Shown one piece after another: positions 55,311 to 64,000 of a stretch of DNA of 64,000 nt. The DNA comes from a bacterium (GTDB lineage: Bacteria; UBA8248): contig CBDBEV010000001.1 in assembly GCA_965204535.1 (NCBI GenBank), positions 1,056,001 to 1,120,000 of the forward strand. Direction: 5' to 3'. The translations under genes were made by a program, and so were the position numbers. How positions within the stretch are numbered: position 1 is the first letter of the stretch; each line of letters starts with the position of its first letter. The notes under the pieces were generated by a model. The model was not told where the DNA came from, made no database searches, and saw only the letters and a program-made list of their open reading frames with translations.

Positions 55311-56820
55311 GGGCCTGTTGAAAAACCCCTGGTTTTGTGATCGTATGGAGTTATCCCCCCTCGCCCGAGATGGGAGATTCCCCGATGTTGGACCGCAAGA
55401 GGCGCGGGCAGATGGAATTGTTCGTGGCCGGTTCGCTGGAGCAGTTGATTCCCGAAGATTACATATTGTTCCGGGTGAACCGCGTACTGGATTTGAGCTG
55501 GCTTCGCGAGGAGGTGGCGGAGTGCTATTGCGCGGACAACGGTCGACCGGGGATCGACCCGGAAGTGGTGGTGCGGTTGATGCTGGCGGGCCTGCTGCTG
55601 GGCCACGTTCACGACCGGCATCTGCTTCGCGAGGCGCAGGTGAACCTGGCGATCCGGTGGTTCATCGGTTACGAGCTGCACGAGGAGTTGCCGGATCATT
55701 CGAGCCTGACGCGGATTCGCCAGCGGTGGGGGGAGGCGCGGTTCAAGGAGATATTGCGCCGCACGGTTCAGGCGTGCCTGGAGGCGCAGGTGGCGAAGGG
55801 GGAAGTGGTTCACATGGACGCGTCTTTGATACGTGCGGACGTGAGTTGGGAGAGTCTGGCGGCGCGCCACGCGGAGAAGGTGGTGCGGGAGAACGACTCG
55901 GCGGATGAGGCGGGGAAGAAGGGCGGGGGTTCGGGTCCGGTGAGCCGTACGGACCCCGACGCGCGCCTGGCGCGCAAGAGCGCTCGGGCGGGGTTCGAGC
56001 CGAGCTACAAGCACCACGCGGTGGTGGACGATGAGCGGGGCGTTGTCCTCGACGTAGAGGTGACGGCGGGGACGTTGAACGAGCGGGAGATGATGGAGCC
56101 GCAGTTGGATGCGGTTTGCGAGCTCACGGGTCGCGCGCCCGCGGTGGTGACGGCGGATAGTGGTTATGCGTACTCGAAGGTGTATGCGGGATTGGAGCGG
56201 CGGGGTGTTGATGCGCTGATACCGGCGAAGAAGGAGCCTTCCCAGAGCCGTGTTCCGCTGCAGTTGTTCCGCTACGACGAGCGGCACAAGGTGGTGAAGT
56301 GTCCGGGCGGCAAGACGCTGCGTCCCCGGAAGGAGACGGAGCGGGGGCGCTACTATGGTTCGAGGACGCGCGATTGCGCGGGCTGCGCGCTGAGGTCGGA
56401 TTGTCTGCCCAAGTCGCACACGAGCAGGACGGTGCTGATTCCGCATGAATATCCGGCGCTGTTGCGCGCGCGCCGGCGGCACGCGCGCCGGGGGGAGGAG
56501 GAGGGCCGGCTGTGGCGCCGCCACATGTCGCGTTCGGAGGGCTACCACGGCGAAGCGAAGAGTCGGCACGGACTGGGGCGGGCGGTGCGCCGGGGCCTTG
56601 CGAACATGAGGATCCAGGCCTACCTGACGGCGACTGCGGTGAACCTCAAGCGGCTGGCCGCCGCTTTTGCGGCGGATATATTCGCTCTGTGGAGGGCCTG
56701 GGCCGCCCGGAGACGCCGTCTGCGCGCATATCGCGGCCTCACGCGCCGATTGGGCTTCCTATCCCAAGCCGCGTGAGCCGCCATACCCCCTGCTTCAAAA
56801 CAGGGTTTTTCAACAGCCCC
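55311..56820 (+). mobile_element. IS1182-family insertion sequence, copy 2
   Basis: Near-identical terminal IRs; TSD GACAA at 55306-55310 and 56821-56825. Confidence 0.94.
55385..56776 (+). CDS. IS1182-family transposase (463 aa)
   Basis: Near-identical to copy 1; stops inside the element. Confidence 0.92.
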   Translation: MLDRKRRGQMELFVAGSLEQLIPEDYILFRVNRVLDLSWLREEVAECYCADNGRPGIDPEVVVRLMLAGLLLGHVHDRHLLREAQVNLAIRWFIGYELHEELPDHSSLTRIRQRWGEARFKEILRRTVQACLEAQVAKGEVVHMDASLIRADVSWESLAARHAEKVVRENDSADEAGKKGGGSGPVSRTDPDARLARKSARAGFEPSYKHHAVVDDERGVVLDVEVTAGTLNEREMMEPQLDAVCELTGRAPAVVTADSGYAYSKVYAGLERRGVDALIPAKKEPSQSRVPLQLFRYDERHKVVKCPGGKTLRPRKETERGRYYGSRTRDCAGCALRSDCLPKSHTSRTVLIPHEYPALLRARRRHARRGEEEGRLWRRHMSRSEGYHGEAKSRHGLGRAVRRGLANMRIQAYLTATAVNLKRLAAAFAADIFALWRAWAARRRRLRAYRGLTRRLGFLSQAA

Positions 56821-57086
56821 GACAAGGGGGGGTAGGGGGGGTTGCTCCTTTGAGTAGGGACAGGTCGCGACCTGTCCCTACGGTAAACCATTCGATGAAC
56901 GGGATGCCCTCTCACGAGGGCTTTTTCAACAACCCCCTTCCGGGCGGGTGTCTTCAAGGGAGCAGGAGCGCCCGCGAGACCGTTCCTCCTGCGAGTCGGT
57001 TCTGTTTCACCTTGACAGCATGTTGCATTTTTTGCAGGTTGTATGCTGTTTTCGTATACAAGTGAGAGACCGATGAGGAACCCCTC

Positions 57087-57494
57087 ATGAGTCAACCAAT
57101 TCGCGTCCTGCTGGCGAAGGTGGGTCTCGACGGTCACGACCGGGGCGTCAAGATCGTCGCCCGCGCCCTGCGCGACGCCGGTATGGACGTGATCTACACC
57201 GGGCTTCACCGCTCACCCGAAGAGGTGGTGACCGCCGCCGTACAGGAAGACGTCGACGTGCTGGGCGTGAGTCTGTTGTCCGGCGTGCAGATGACCGTGT
57301 TCCCCAAGATATTCGAACTGCTTCGCACCAGCGGCGCCGACGACATGATCGTCGTGGCCGGCGGCGTCATGCCGGACGAAGACGTCGTCCAGCTCAAGAA
57401 AATGGGCGTAAGCAAGGTGCTGCTGCAGGATACGCCGCCGCAAACCATTATCGACACGCTGACCCGCCTCGTGGAGGAGCGCGGCGCGCGCTGA
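57087..57494 (+). CDS. hcmB: Cobalamin-binding small subunit of 2-hydroxyisobutyryl-CoA mutase
   Basis: GLDGHDRG base-off/His-on motif; operon context. Confidence 0.85.
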   Translation: MSQPIRVLLAKVGLDGHDRGVKIVARALRDAGMDVIYTGLHRSPEEVVTAAVQEDVDVLGVSLLSGVQMTVFPKIFELLRTSGADDMIVVAGGVMPDEDVVQLKKMGVSKVLLQDTPPQTIIDTLTRLVEERGAR

Positions 57495-57504
57495 TCCGAC
57501 ATCC

Positions 57505-58935
57505 ATGGAGTCCTGGTCATTCCCACCCGCTTACGACGAGAAATTTCTTCCGCCTCCGGGCAGCCGCTACTGGTTCCCCCGGCGGGAGACGATGCCGGCG
57601 GGAGACCGGGAGAAGGCCATCCTGGAGCGCCTTCGGCAAGTCTGCGCCTACGCCTACGAGAACGCGGTCCTCTACCGCCGCAAATGGGATGAGGCCGGTT
57701 TTCACCCGAGCCGGCTCAAGTCGCTCGAGGACTTCGAGGAGAAGGTCCCGGTCCTCACCAAGAAGGACCTGCGCGAGGCGCAGGAACGCCATCCGCCCTT
57801 TGGCGATTACCTCTGCGTGGACGAAACGGAAGTCTTTCACATCCACGGCACCAGCGGCACGACCGGGCGGCCCACCGCCTTCGCCATCTCGCAGGGCGAC
57901 TGGCGCGCCATAGCCAACGCGCATGCGCGCATCATGTGGGGGATGGGCCTGCGACCCGGGGATACGATTTGCGTCGCCGCCGTATTTTCTCTCTACATGG
58001 GAAGCTGGGGGGCGCTTGCCGGCGCGGAACGCCTCGGCGCGAAAGCCTTCCCGTTCGGCGCCGGCGCGTCCGGCATGTCGGCGCGCTGCGTGCAGTGGCT
58101 CGACATGTTGAAGCCTACGGCCTTCTACGGCACGCCGACCTACGCCTTACACCTCGCCCAGGTCGCGGAAGACGAGGGCCTGAACCCCCGCGACATGCAG
58201 CTCAAAATCATGTTCTTCTCCGGCGAGCCCGGCGCCTCGATCCCGGCCATCCGCGAGCGCATCGAGGGGCTCTACGGCGCCAGGGTCTACGACAGCGGCT
58301 CCATGGCCGAGATGAGCCCGTGGATGAACGTGGCGAGTTCGGCCGAGACGGACGGCATGCTCTGCTGGCAGGACGTCGTCTACACGGAAGTGTGCGACCC
58401 CGAAACCATGCGCCGGGTCCCCTACGGGGAGCGGGGAACGCCCGTGTACACCCATCTCGAACGCGCCTCCCAGCCGATGATCCGCCTGGCGTCGGGGGAC
58501 CTGACCCGGTGGGTGGACGAACCGAACCCGTGCGGCCGCACCTATCCGCGCCTGCCGCACGGTATTTTCGGGCGCATCGACGACATGTTCACGATCCGGG
58601 GCGAGAACGTGTATCCCAGCGAGATAGACGCCGCGCTCAACGAACTCGCGCACTACGGCGGAGAGCACCGGATCGTGATCAGCCGCGAGGCGGCGATGGA
58701 CGAATTGCTGCTGCGCGTCGAGGCCGACACCGAGACCTTCGCCAACCCCGAGGGCGCCGCCCGGTTCTGCACCGAGGTCGAGCACAAATTGCAGAAGGTG
58801 CTCGGGCTGCGGACGGGCGTGGAGATCGTCGAGCCGGGCTCGATCCCCCGAACGGATTTCAAGGCGCGCCGCGTCATCGACGATCGCGCCGTCTTCCACC
58901 AGATGCAGACACAACTGGATGACGAAAACCGCTGA
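57505..58935 (+). CDS. hcl: PaaK-family ligase, probable 2-hydroxyisobutyrate-CoA ligase
   Basis: HGTSGTTGRP, GRIDD and GENVYP motifs; lies between hcmB and meaH. Confidence 0.78.
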   Translation: MESWSFPPAYDEKFLPPPGSRYWFPRRETMPAGDREKAILERLRQVCAYAYENAVLYRRKWDEAGFHPSRLKSLEDFEEKVPVLTKKDLREAQERHPPFGDYLCVDETEVFHIHGTSGTTGRPTAFAISQGDWRAIANAHARIMWGMGLRPGDTICVAAVFSLYMGSWGALAGAERLGAKAFPFGAGASGMSARCVQWLDMLKPTAFYGTPTYALHLAQVAEDEGLNPRDMQLKIMFFSGEPGASIPAIRERIEGLYGARVYDSGSMAEMSPWMNVASSAETDGMLCWQDVVYTEVCDPETMRRVPYGERGTPVYTHLERASQPMIRLASGDLTRWVDEPNPCGRTYPRLPHGIFGRIDDMFTIRGENVYPSEIDAALNELAHYGGEHRIVISREAAMDELLLRVEADTETFANPEGAARFCTEVEHKLQKVLGLRTGVEIVEPGSIPRTDFKARRVIDDRAVFHQMQTQLDDENR

Positions 58936-59939
58936 TGGGCGCCTATGTCCCTTCGGTGGAACTCATCGCCCGCGTTCAGGCAGGCGAACCGGCCGCTATC
59001 GGCCGCCTCATATCGCGCGCGGAGTCGGGCCTGGCGGAGGCGCGCGGCGCACTCGCCCGGATCCACAAACTCGCCGGGCGAGCGCACCTCGTCGGCATCA
59101 CCGGGGTGCCCGGCAGCGGAAAATCCACGCTCGTAAGCGGACTGGCGCAAAGGCTGCGTTCCGGCGGCGAGAAGGTCGGCATCATCGCGATCGACCCGTC
59201 CTCTCCCTATTCGGGCGGCGCCATCCTGGGAGACCGCATTCGCATGAACGACTTGAGCGCCGACCCCGGCGTTTATATCCGCAGCATGGCGACGCACGGG
59301 GCGACCGGCGGCATGGCGCGCGCGGCTCTCGAGGCGGTCGATATTCTCGATGCCGCCGGTTTCGGGGTGATCATTCTGGAAACCGTCGGCGTGGGCCAGG
59401 ACGAGGTCGAGATCGTGCGGGCCTCCCACACCACGGTAGTGGTTTCAGCACCCGGCCTTGGGGATGAGGTCCAGGCGATCAAGGCGGGCCTTCTGGAGAT
59501 CGCCGACATCCATGTCGTGTCGAAGTGCGACCGGGGCGACGCCAACCGGACGCTGACCGATTTGAAGCAGATGCTGACGCTCGGAACGGGCGGGGGCGAA
59601 CCATCCGACCGGGCCGTCCCCGTCATCGGCACCAGTGCTGTTTCCGGAGAAGGGATCGACGAGTTGCTCGAGGCGATTGCCCGGCATCGCGAGGTGACGT
59701 CGAATACCGATGCGGGCCGCGCGCGGCGCAAGAGCATCGCGGAATTCCGGCTGCGCAAAACCGCCGAAAATCTGTTGTATGATCGATTCAACGCCGCCAC
59801 GGCTGCGGCGAGCGCGAAACTCGCCGAACAGCTCATGCGCCGGGAGAGCGACCCCTATTCCCTGGCGGAAGAATTGCTCTCGACGACGCTCGAAAGGGAG
59901 GGAGACCATGAACGAGACGTTCACTCAAAATCCGCTTGA
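58935..59939 (+). CDS. meaH: MeaB/ArgK-family G-protein chaperone
   Basis: GVPGSGKST, DPSS, GDRIRM, ETVGVGQ and SKCD motifs. Confidence 0.88.
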   Translation: MGAYVPSVELIARVQAGEPAAIGRLISRAESGLAEARGALARIHKLAGRAHLVGITGVPGSGKSTLVSGLAQRLRSGGEKVGIIAIDPSSPYSGGAILGDRIRMNDLSADPGVYIRSMATHGATGGMARAALEAVDILDAAGFGVIILETVGVGQDEVEIVRASHTTVVVSAPGLGDEVQAIKAGLLEIADIHVVSKCDRGDANRTLTDLKQMLTLGTGGGEPSDRAVPVIGTSAVSGEGIDELLEAIARHREVTSNTDAGRARRKSIAEFRLRKTAENLLYDRFNAATAAASAKLAEQLMRRESDPYSLAEELLSTTLEREGDHERDVHSKSA

Positions 59940-61599
59940 GAAACTCCTGAGCGAGATCGAGGATTGGGAGAGCAACGAGGTCGCCGCCTTCCTGAAGAAA
60001 CAAGCCGAGCGCAAGGAGCAATTCTTCACAACCGGCGATTTTCCGGTGCAGCGCGTCTATACCGCGGCCGATGTTGCGGAAACGCCGCTCGAGGATATCG
60101 GTCTGCCGGGGCGCTATCCCTTCACGCGCGGGCCCTACCCGACGATGTACCGCAGCCGGGTGTGGACCATGCGCCAGATCGCCGGTTTCGGCACCGGCGA
60201 AGACACCAACAAACGCTTCAAATACCTGATCTCGCAGGGGCAGACGGGACTGTCGACCGACTTCGACATGCCCACGCTCATGGGCTACGACTCCGACCAC
60301 CCGATGAGCGATGGCGAGGTGGGCCGCGAAGGCGTGGCCGTGGATACGCTCGCCGACATGGAGGCGCTCTACGACGGCATCGATCTCGAGAACATCTCCG
60401 TATCGATGACCATCAACCCCAGCGCCTGGATATTGCTCGCCATGTACGTGGCGCTGGCCGAGAAGCGCGGCCTCGACCTGAACAGGCTCTCGGGCACCAT
60501 CCAGGCGGACATACTCAAAGAGTATATGGCGCAGAAGGAGTTCATCTACCCGATCGCGCCGTCTGTCCGCATCGTGCGCGACTGCATATCCTTCTGCGGC
60601 CGCAACATGAAGCGCTACAACCCGATCAACATCTCGGGGTATCACATCTCAGAAGCCGGCGCCTCGCCTTTGCAGGAGGCCGCCTTCACCATGTGCAACC
60701 TGATCGTCTACGTGGAGGAGGTGCTGAAGACCGGGGTGAACGTCGACGAGTTCGCGCCGAGGCTTGGTTTCTTCTACGTCTCGCAGGCGGACCTGTTCGA
60801 GGAGGTCGCCAAGTTCCGGGCGCTGCGCCGCTGTTATGCCAGGATCATGAAAGAGCGCTTCGGCGCGAAGAACCCCGAATCGATGCGGCTTCGTTTCCAT
60901 TGCCAGACCGCGGCCGCGACCCTGACGAAGCCGCAATACCGGATCAACATCGTGCGCACCGCGTTCCAGGCCCTCGCCGCGGTCCTCGGCGGCTGCCAGT
61001 CGCTGCACACGAACGGCTACGACGAAGCGTTCGCGATTCCGACCGAGGACGCTATGCGGCTGGCCCTGCGCACGCAGCAGGTAATCGCGGCGGAAACGAA
61101 CGTCACCAACGTCATCGATCCGCTGGGCGGTTCCTACTACCTCGAGAGCCTGACCAACGAGTACGAGACGCGCATTTTCGAGATTCTCGACTATGTGGAT
61201 GAAAACGGCGGCACGATCAAATTGATCGAGGAAGGCTGGTTCCAGAAGCAGATCGCCGACTTCGCCTACGAGACCGCCCTGCGCAAGCAATCCGGTGAAA
61301 AGCCGGTCATCGGGGTCAACACCCTGGTCGAGGAGGACGAAAACCACGAGATCGAGACCCATCCCTATGATTCCTCGACCGCCGATCGGCAGATCGCGCG
61401 GACGAGGAGGGTGCGCGCCGAACGCGACGACGCCAGGGTCGGGACCCTTCTGGAGGAGCTCGTCTCGGTCGCCAGGGACGAGACGCGGAACATCATGCCC
61501 GTCACGGTGGAACTCGTGCGCGAGGGCGCAACGATGGGCGATATCGTCGAGAAACTGAAGTCGGTCTGGGGCACCTACCGGGAAACGCCGGTTTTCTGA
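59908..61599 (+). CDS. hcmA: 2-hydroxyisobutyryl-CoA mutase large subunit
   Basis: WTMRQIAGFG (Ile where MCM has Tyr and ICM has Phe) and STDFDMPT; GGAG RBS. Confidence 0.9.
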   Translation: MNETFTQNPLEKLLSEIEDWESNEVAAFLKKQAERKEQFFTTGDFPVQRVYTAADVAETPLEDIGLPGRYPFTRGPYPTMYRSRVWTMRQIAGFGTGEDTNKRFKYLISQGQTGLSTDFDMPTLMGYDSDHPMSDGEVGREGVAVDTLADMEALYDGIDLENISVSMTINPSAWILLAMYVALAEKRGLDLNRLSGTIQADILKEYMAQKEFIYPIAPSVRIVRDCISFCGRNMKRYNPINISGYHISEAGASPLQEAAFTMCNLIVYVEEVLKTGVNVDEFAPRLGFFYVSQADLFEEVAKFRALRRCYARIMKERFGAKNPESMRLRFHCQTAAATLTKPQYRINIVRTAFQALAAVLGGCQSLHTNGYDEAFAIPTEDAMRLALRTQQVIAAETNVTNVIDPLGGSYYLESLTNEYETRIFEILDYVDENGGTIKLIEEGWFQKQIADFAYETALRKQSGEKPVIGVNTLVEEDENHEIETHPYDSSTADRQIARTRRVRAERDDARVGTLLEELVSVARDETRNIMPVTVELVREGATMGDIVEKLKSVWGTYRETPVF

Positions 61600-61692
61600 T
61601 TCAAACGCTCGCCCGGGCGAGCGTCCGGCTGCGCGGCCGGGCGCGTCGCGAACGATTCTTCATTGTTTCCCCTATTCCGAGGAAGATGGAAG

Positions 61693-62886
61693 ATGAAAGT
61701 GACTCGAAGCTTCATGGCAATCGCGTTCCTGGGGGCGGCGACGCTCCTCACCGGTTCGGCCCTGGCGTCAGATGAAATCACCATCGGCGGGTCCATCTCC
61801 CATACGGGCCGTTACGCGGAGCCGGCAGGCCGGTTCATCAACGCCTACCGTCTGTTCGCCGACCGGCAAAACGCCAAGGGCGGCCTGCTGGGCAAGAAGG
61901 TGAAGCTGATTCTCCTGGACGATAAATCGGACAAGCAGACCAGCATCAAGCTCTACGAGAGACTTATCGTGCAGGAGAAGATCGACCTCACGCTCGGTCC
62001 CTACTCCAGCGGCATCACCGACGCGGTGGCCAACCTCTTTGAAAGGCACGAATACCCCACGCTGGCGCCGGGCGCTTCCTCCAGAGGGCTGTGGGAGAAG
62101 GGCAGAAAATACCTTTTCAACCAAAACGCCGTAGCCCAAAAAAACCACAAGGGCGCGCTGCACCTCGCCAGGGACATCGGGGTGAAGCGAATCGCCATCA
62201 TCGGCGAGGACAGCCTTTTTCCCCGGCAGTCGGCGGAGGGTGCCGTGGAGTGGGCGAAGAAGCTCGGCCTCAAAGTGGTGCTGAACGAAAACTATCCGCG
62301 CAGGCAGACCGACTTCACAGCGCTGCTTCAGAAGATCAAGGCGCGCCGGGCGGAGGCGCTTTTCTCGAACAGCTACTTCGCGGACGCCGCCGCGCAGATT
62401 CGCCAGCTCCGGGAGCTCAACATCAACCTCAAGATTTTCGCCGGAACCATCGGCCCCGGTCTCCCGAAGTTCGCCGAGCAACTCGGCGCCACGGCGGAGT
62501 ATGTCCTGGGCTTCAGCCAGTGGGAGCCGCAACCCGACGCCCTGAAGTTTCCGGGTATGAGAGAACTCATTGACTCCTACGAGAAGCGCCACGGGGTGAA
62601 GCCGAGCGATCATGTCGCTATCGCTTACGGGGCGATGGAGGTGGTGAGTCAGGCGATTCTGAAAGCAGGTTCCCATGATCGCCAAAAAGTCTGGAAGACG
62701 CTACGCACCTCGGCGTTCCAGACCGTGATGGGAAGATGGAAGGTGGATGAGAACAACCTCAACGGACGGGACGGCCTGACGTTCCAGATTCTCGACGGCA
62801 GGCGCAGAATCGTCTGGCCGAAAGAACTCGCGGAAGTTTCCTATGAGCTGCCGATGCCTGGATGGAAGGAGAGAAGCAAACGCTGA
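61693..62886 (+). CDS. Leu/Ile/Val-family ABC substrate-binding protein (no adjacent permease)
   Basis: Signal peptide; TGRYA, NAKGGLLG..V, DD.SD and GPYSS motifs. Confidence 0.9.
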   Translation: MKVTRSFMAIAFLGAATLLTGSALASDEITIGGSISHTGRYAEPAGRFINAYRLFADRQNAKGGLLGKKVKLILLDDKSDKQTSIKLYERLIVQEKIDLTLGPYSSGITDAVANLFERHEYPTLAPGASSRGLWEKGRKYLFNQNAVAQKNHKGALHLARDIGVKRIAIIGEDSLFPRQSAEGAVEWAKKLGLKVVLNENYPRRQTDFTALLQKIKARRAEALFSNSYFADAAAQIRQLRELNINLKIFAGTIGPGLPKFAEQLGATAEYVLGFSQWEPQPDALKFPGMRELIDSYEKRHGVKPSDHVAIAYGAMEVVSQAILKAGSHDRQKVWKTLRTSAFQTVMGRWKVDENNLNGRDGLTFQILDGRRRIVWPKELAEVSYELPMPGWKERSKR

Positions 62887-62890
62887 AGAT

Positions 62891-62980
62891 GATGGGCGAC
62901 ATCGTCGAGAAACTCAAAGCCGGTCCGGGGCGCCTGCCGGGAAACGCCGGTTTTCTGATTCAAACGATGACCCGGGCGAG
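62891..62980 (+). repeat. Degenerate duplicate of the hcmA 3' end and downstream bases (61533-61621)
   Basis: GATGGGCGAyATCGTCGAGAAACT...CCGGGAAACGCCGGTTTTCTGATTCAAACG...CCCGGGCGAG. Confidence 0.9.
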
Positions 62981-63258
62981 TGCCGCGGCCGCCACATCAG
63001 ATAGCCGGGTTTCTTCGTCCTGCAGCGCTTTTCCCGGGACGCGGCCGACCTGTCCGCGCGTCGTAGAGTTCAAAACTCCGCTTCGATGGTCTCTTTGGGT
63101 TTGGCGAGAGGACGCTCCCTGAAGTTGTAGTCCTCGCCGGCGCGCGACACAAGGGAATCAGCTGCGTCAAAGGGTTTCTTCATGGACGGCTACTCCATTT
63201 TCGCAGGATCTGGCCAGACGCGCATTTGCGCCGCCGGGTTGCTGTCTGCGTATCCGGA

Positions 63259-64000
63259 TCAAGCGATTTGCCTTTTGATCAATTCCTTGAATACCCCGTC
63301 GACTTCCTTGAGTTCATCGAAGGAACCGCTTTGTACGAGTTTTCCGGCCTGCAGCACGTAGATGCGGTCGGCCTGTTCCAGCGTGGACAGCCGGTGGGCA
63401 ATGATGAGCCGGGTGGAAGTCAGGGCGGCGAGGTTCTGCATGACCCTGGCCTGGCTTTCGTTATCCAGCCAGTTGGTCGCCTCGTCCAGCAACATGATTC
63501 GAGGGCTCCCGATTATCGAGCGGGCGATTGTGATGCGCTGGCTCTCGCCGCCTGAGAGGACGGACCCGCTGGTGCCCACCATGGTCATCATGCCCATGGG
63601 CATGTCCCTGACCTGGGCTTCAACTTCGGCGGTCCGGACCGCATCCCATACCTCCTCGGTCGCCACTTCATCATGGTGAGAGACCAGATTGTCCCAGAGA
63701 TCTTGCGGATGGAGTCCGACGGATTGGGGCACCGCGCCGATTTTCCGGCGCACCTGTTTCAGATTCAGGTGCCTCAGGTCGCGACCGTCGTAATACACCG
63801 CGCCGGCGGTCGGGCAGTCTATGCCGAGTGCGAGCCGGAACAGGGTGCTCTTGCCGGCGCCGGACTCACCGGCAATCGCGATGAATTCGCCGGGACGGGC
63901 GCGAATCGTGACGTCGTCGAGAATCAACGGACCATCGGGACCGTAGCGGAAGGAAATGCGGTCGAACAGTATTTCACCGCCCAGGTATTCGACCGGCTCT
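63259..64000 (-). CDS. ABC exporter ATPase C-terminal domain resembling NHLP/NHLM bacteriocin exporters (partial)
   Basis: SFRYGPDGPLILDDV, GESGAGKST, YYDGRDL, LSGGESQR, DEAT..LDN.SQ, AHRLST and terminal KRQIA. Confidence 0.8.
   Translation of the reverse strand, partial: EPVEYLGGEILFDRISFRYGPDGPLILDDVTIRARPGEFIAIAGESGAGKSTLFRLALGIDCPTAGAVYYDGRDLRHLNLKQVRRKIGAVPQSVGLHPQDLWDNLVSHHDEVATEEVWDAVRTAEVEAQVRDMPMGMMTMVGTSGSVLSGGESQRITIARSIIGSPRIMLLDEATNWLDNESQARVMQNLAALTSTRLIIAHRLSTLEQADRIYVLQAGKLVQSGSFDELKEVDGVFKELIKRQIA

Larger units (their letters stand above)
55152..56936. mobile_element. Outer non-autonomous element with IS1182-like ends, hosting IS copy 2
   Basis: AGGGCTGTTCAAAAA ... TTTTTCAACAACCCC; internal hairpin pair homologous to 2095-3905. 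Confidence 0.6.

Noticed and set aside
59908-61599. Methylmalonyl-CoA or isobutyryl-CoA mutase call
   Set aside because: The specificity residue is Ile (RQIAG), not Tyr or Phe, and the operon includes a PaaK-type ligase as in HCM clusters

Overview
GC-rich bacterial chromosome segment with one complete rRNA operon (16S-tRNA-Ile-tRNA-Ala-23S-5S). It carries a TPP riboswitch with thiC, many transport and catabolic genes (two sugar-type ABC systems, TRAP/TAXI, Amt, two creatininase-family enzymes, an FAH-family hydrolase and a class III aminotransferase), and a full 2-hydroxyisobutyryl-CoA mutase cluster (hcmB-hcl-meaH-hcmA). Defence/TA genes are scattered singly (PIN, GIY-YIG, Panacea TA, Mrr). 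Two near-identical IS1182-family copies sit among dense palindromic repeats. Highlights: (1) a hidden AhpD/CMD-fold selenoprotein candidate (in-frame UGA completing CxxU, followed by a SECIS-like hairpin) closely followed by a paralog lacking both redox residues; (2) an RbsA-type ABC ATPase with a ~150-aa multi-TM insertion in its second NBD, near a 1108-aa expanded TRAP permease; (3) a nested mobile system in which IS1182 inserts into the loop of a hairpin that is itself carried by non-autonomous elements with IS1182-like ends. All calls come from reading the sequence by eye; no searches were run.
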